A DNA stretch of 64,000 nucleotides from Nitrospirales bacterium (GTDB lineage Bacteria > Nitrospirota > Nitrospiria > Nitrospirales > UBA8639): the NCBI GenBank assembly GCA_963555755.3, contig OY820905.2:3840001-3904000 (forward strand), written 5' to 3'. The notes beneath the pieces are model-generated. The model did no database searches. It had not been told where the DNA came from and saw only the letters and a program-made list of their open reading frames with translations. Each line of letters begins with the position of its first letter. Position 1 is the first letter of the stretch. Shown here piece by piece: positions 61,974-64,000 of this stretch. The position numbers and the translations under genes are program-made.

Positions 61974-64000
61974 ATGTTTTATCCCGTCTTGACATTGGCA
62001 ATTCACCATCTTTTAAGCCGCCCCTTCCGTACCGTACTAACGGTTTTTGGGGTTGGAATCGGTGTCTCAGCAGCCATGGCGATGTTCTTGGCGAATGAGC
62101 AGGTCTTTCGATCATTCGAACAAACCGTGACCAGTGTGGTGGGAAAGACGACCATTCAAGTGACCGCCACAGAGGGTTTGCTCGATGAACAGGTCATGAT
62201 CCCGATTCGCACACATCAGGCTGTGGAGTCAGTCAGTCCTATTATCACTATCTCTACGAAGGTTCTCCTTCCTAGCCGAGAGGTGCAACCATTGCGTATT
62301 CAGGCTGTGGATCTGCTCGAATGGCTCGGCGTCGGCACGCTCAATTTTTCTTCCAACTCCTCTTCGGCGGGAACAACGGACTCTTTTTTAGAGTACCTGA
62401 TTGCTCCAGATGTGCTGTTTTTTCATCAAGAGACCGCCAAGCAATTCAACTTTGAAGTGGGAGAGTTGCTGACCCTGGCGATTGGGACCCGTCGCTACGA
62501 GGTGACATTGGGTGGTGTGTTTGCCGCGGAGCGACCAGGGCAAACCTGGGATTCATTTGCCGTGATGGACATTGCCGCGGCGCAAACGGTGTTTGATCTC
62601 GTAGGCTATGTGAATCGGCTGGATTTGGTGACGTTTCCCGATGTGTCAGTCGAAGATGTCATCCAGGATTTGCAGCAAACCTTGGGTCCCACAGTCTTTG
62701 TGGGACGGCCTGCCCAACGTAATCAACAGGTAGAGCGCATGCTTCGGTCGTTTCAACTGAATTTGACCACGTTGAGTATGGTGGGTCTGTTCGTGGGAGT
62801 GTTCCTGGTCTATAACGCAGTAGGATTTTCCGTTGTCCAATATCGTCGGGAAATCGGGATCCTGCGGGCGCTTGGCATGTTTCGTGGCCAGATCGGGCTC
62901 TTGTTTCTGGGTGAGGCCGCAGTGGTGGGTACTCTGGGTGGAGTCTGTGGAACCGTCTTGGGTGTGTTCTTCGCGAAATTCCTTGTTGTGTTAGAGAGCG
63001 AAACGGTGTCCGAACTCTATACAGCAGTGGCAGTGGGTTCCATCGAATTGACTCCGTGGTTGTTGGGTGTGGGATGTGTCTTGGGCCTGGGGCTATCAAT
63101 CTTGGGTGCGCTTGGACCTTGTTGGGAAGCCAGCCGCACCGCGCCGGCTCTGGCGCTGGCACCAGGGCAGTATGAAGATACTCGTCACAATCGCTATGGG
63201 GTCTTTACGAGTGTGGCGGCTGCGTTGTTTCTGGTGGCATTGGGACTTTCGATGTTGGCGCCTGTGAACGGCATTCCCGTGTTTGGATATGCCGCGGCGT
63301 TCTGTATTCTGCTGGCGTGCACATGTTTAGCCCCACTGTGTATCCACGCGCTTCGTGGAATCATGAACCTGCCATTCAGCACGTCTTCCGGGCTGGCGGC
63401 GCACCTTGCGGCGGATCAGATCATTCGGACACCAGGACGAAATAGTATGACCTTATCCGCCCTGATGGTCGGCATTGCGATCATGGTTGGTGTGGGTGTG
63501 ATGGTCCAAAGCTTTCGAGCCACCGTGGAAACCTGGATCGATCAAACGATGATGGCGGATCTGATTGTCACGCCGCAGTCGGGCATCACTGATTCCAGCC
63601 AGAGTGGCAGAGTTTCCCTTCTTTCTAAAGACATTCTTTCAGTTGCCGCAGGAGTGCAAGGCGTTGCAGCAGTGGACCCGTATCGACAAGTCCGTATTCA
63701 AGTGGGTTCGACCACCGTGAGTCTCGTAGCCCGCGATTTTCAGATTCATGCCGATCGAAGCCAGTATCTGTTTGTCCATGGCGATTCTGATTCGCTTCTG
63801 CAACTAGCGCTGACGAAGAACGGGGTGATCGTGTCCGAGGTGTTGGCAAGACGATTGGAGGTAGAGGTCGACGAGACCTTGATGTTGCCCACACGTCAAG
63901 GCCTCCGAGGCTTTCCGGTCGTCGGCGTCTTTTACGACTATGCCACTGATGGAGGGAAAGTGGTGTTGGATCGAGGGTTATATGAAGAGTTTTGGGGTGA
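61974..64000 (+). CDS. FtsX/MacB-type ABC permease, runs off the window
   Basis: Manual translation MFYPVLTLAIHHLLSRPFRTVLTVFGVGIG...RREIGILRALG...; no stop seen before the window end. Confidence 0.85.
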   Translation, partial: MFYPVLTLAIHHLLSRPFRTVLTVFGVGIGVSAAMAMFLANEQVFRSFEQTVTSVVGKTTIQVTATEGLLDEQVMIPIRTHQAVESVSPIITISTKVLLPSREVQPLRIQAVDLLEWLGVGTLNFSSNSSSAGTTDSFLEYLIAPDVLFFHQETAKQFNFEVGELLTLAIGTRRYEVTLGGVFAAERPGQTWDSFAVMDIAAAQTVFDLVGYVNRLDLVTFPDVSVEDVIQDLQQTLGPTVFVGRPAQRNQQVERMLRSFQLNLTTLSMVGLFVGVFLVYNAVGFSVVQYRREIGILRALGMFRGQIGLLFLGEAAVVGTLGGVCGTVLGVFFAKFLVVLESETVSELYTAVAVGSIELTPWLLGVGCVLGLGLSILGALGPCWEASRTAPALALAPGQYEDTRHNRYGVFTSVAAALFLVALGLSMLAPVNGIPVFGYAAAFCILLACTCLAPLCIHALRGIMNLPFSTSSGLAAHLAADQIIRTPGRNSMTLSALMVGIAIMVGVGVMVQSFRATVETWIDQTMMADLIVTPQSGITDSSQSGRVSLLSKDILSVAAGVQGVAAVDPYRQVRIQVGSTTVSLVARDFQIHADRSQYLFVHGDSDSLLQLALTKNGVIVSEVLARRLEVEVDETLMLPTRQGLRGFPVVGVFYDYATDGGKVVLDRGLYEEFWG

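Overview
Bacterial chromosomal window of mid-GC backbone. Repeat content and protein styles suggest Nitrospirota/Nitrospirales, possibly host-associated; this is inference only. Housekeeping flanks: left, class II ribonucleotide reductase nrdJ with tandem NrdR boxes, a Trk/Ktr K+ permease, mtaB-miaB and an HDOD protein; right, a HEAT protein, PilZ, rusA-like, mraZ-like, comF, an ABC ATPase, class 1A pyrD, LuxR and an FtsX-type permease. Between them is a ~42 kb accessory mosaic in three parts. (i) Nested/tandem IS1595 elements abut a very GC-rich island carrying a LysR, an HTH-only mini-LysR and a heavily frameshifted Ig/cadherin-repeat surface protein with a duplicated beta-barrel-like tail. 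(ii) An IS-rich segment holds a lone integron-type attC cassette, a 55-bp inverted repeat pair, IS1 with ISL3 nested in its end, and a dead integrase abutting the 5' end of tRNA-Arg(ACG). (iii) An AT-rich Tad/Flp pilus locus has permuted gene order, a sensor-less sigma54 activator and an IS66-like element carrying a DUF4338/DruA-like passenger. The most unusual signals are: a ~235-bp copy of the flp sigma54 enhancer/promoter in front of an unrelated orphan gene 22 kb away; at least seven MITE-like repeat families, including a three-level nested stack, several sharing an ERIC-like internal hairpin despite unrelated termini; and the LysR/mini-LysR/adhesin module. No CRISPR array or rRNA was seen. 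All family assignments come from motif recognition, not database searches.
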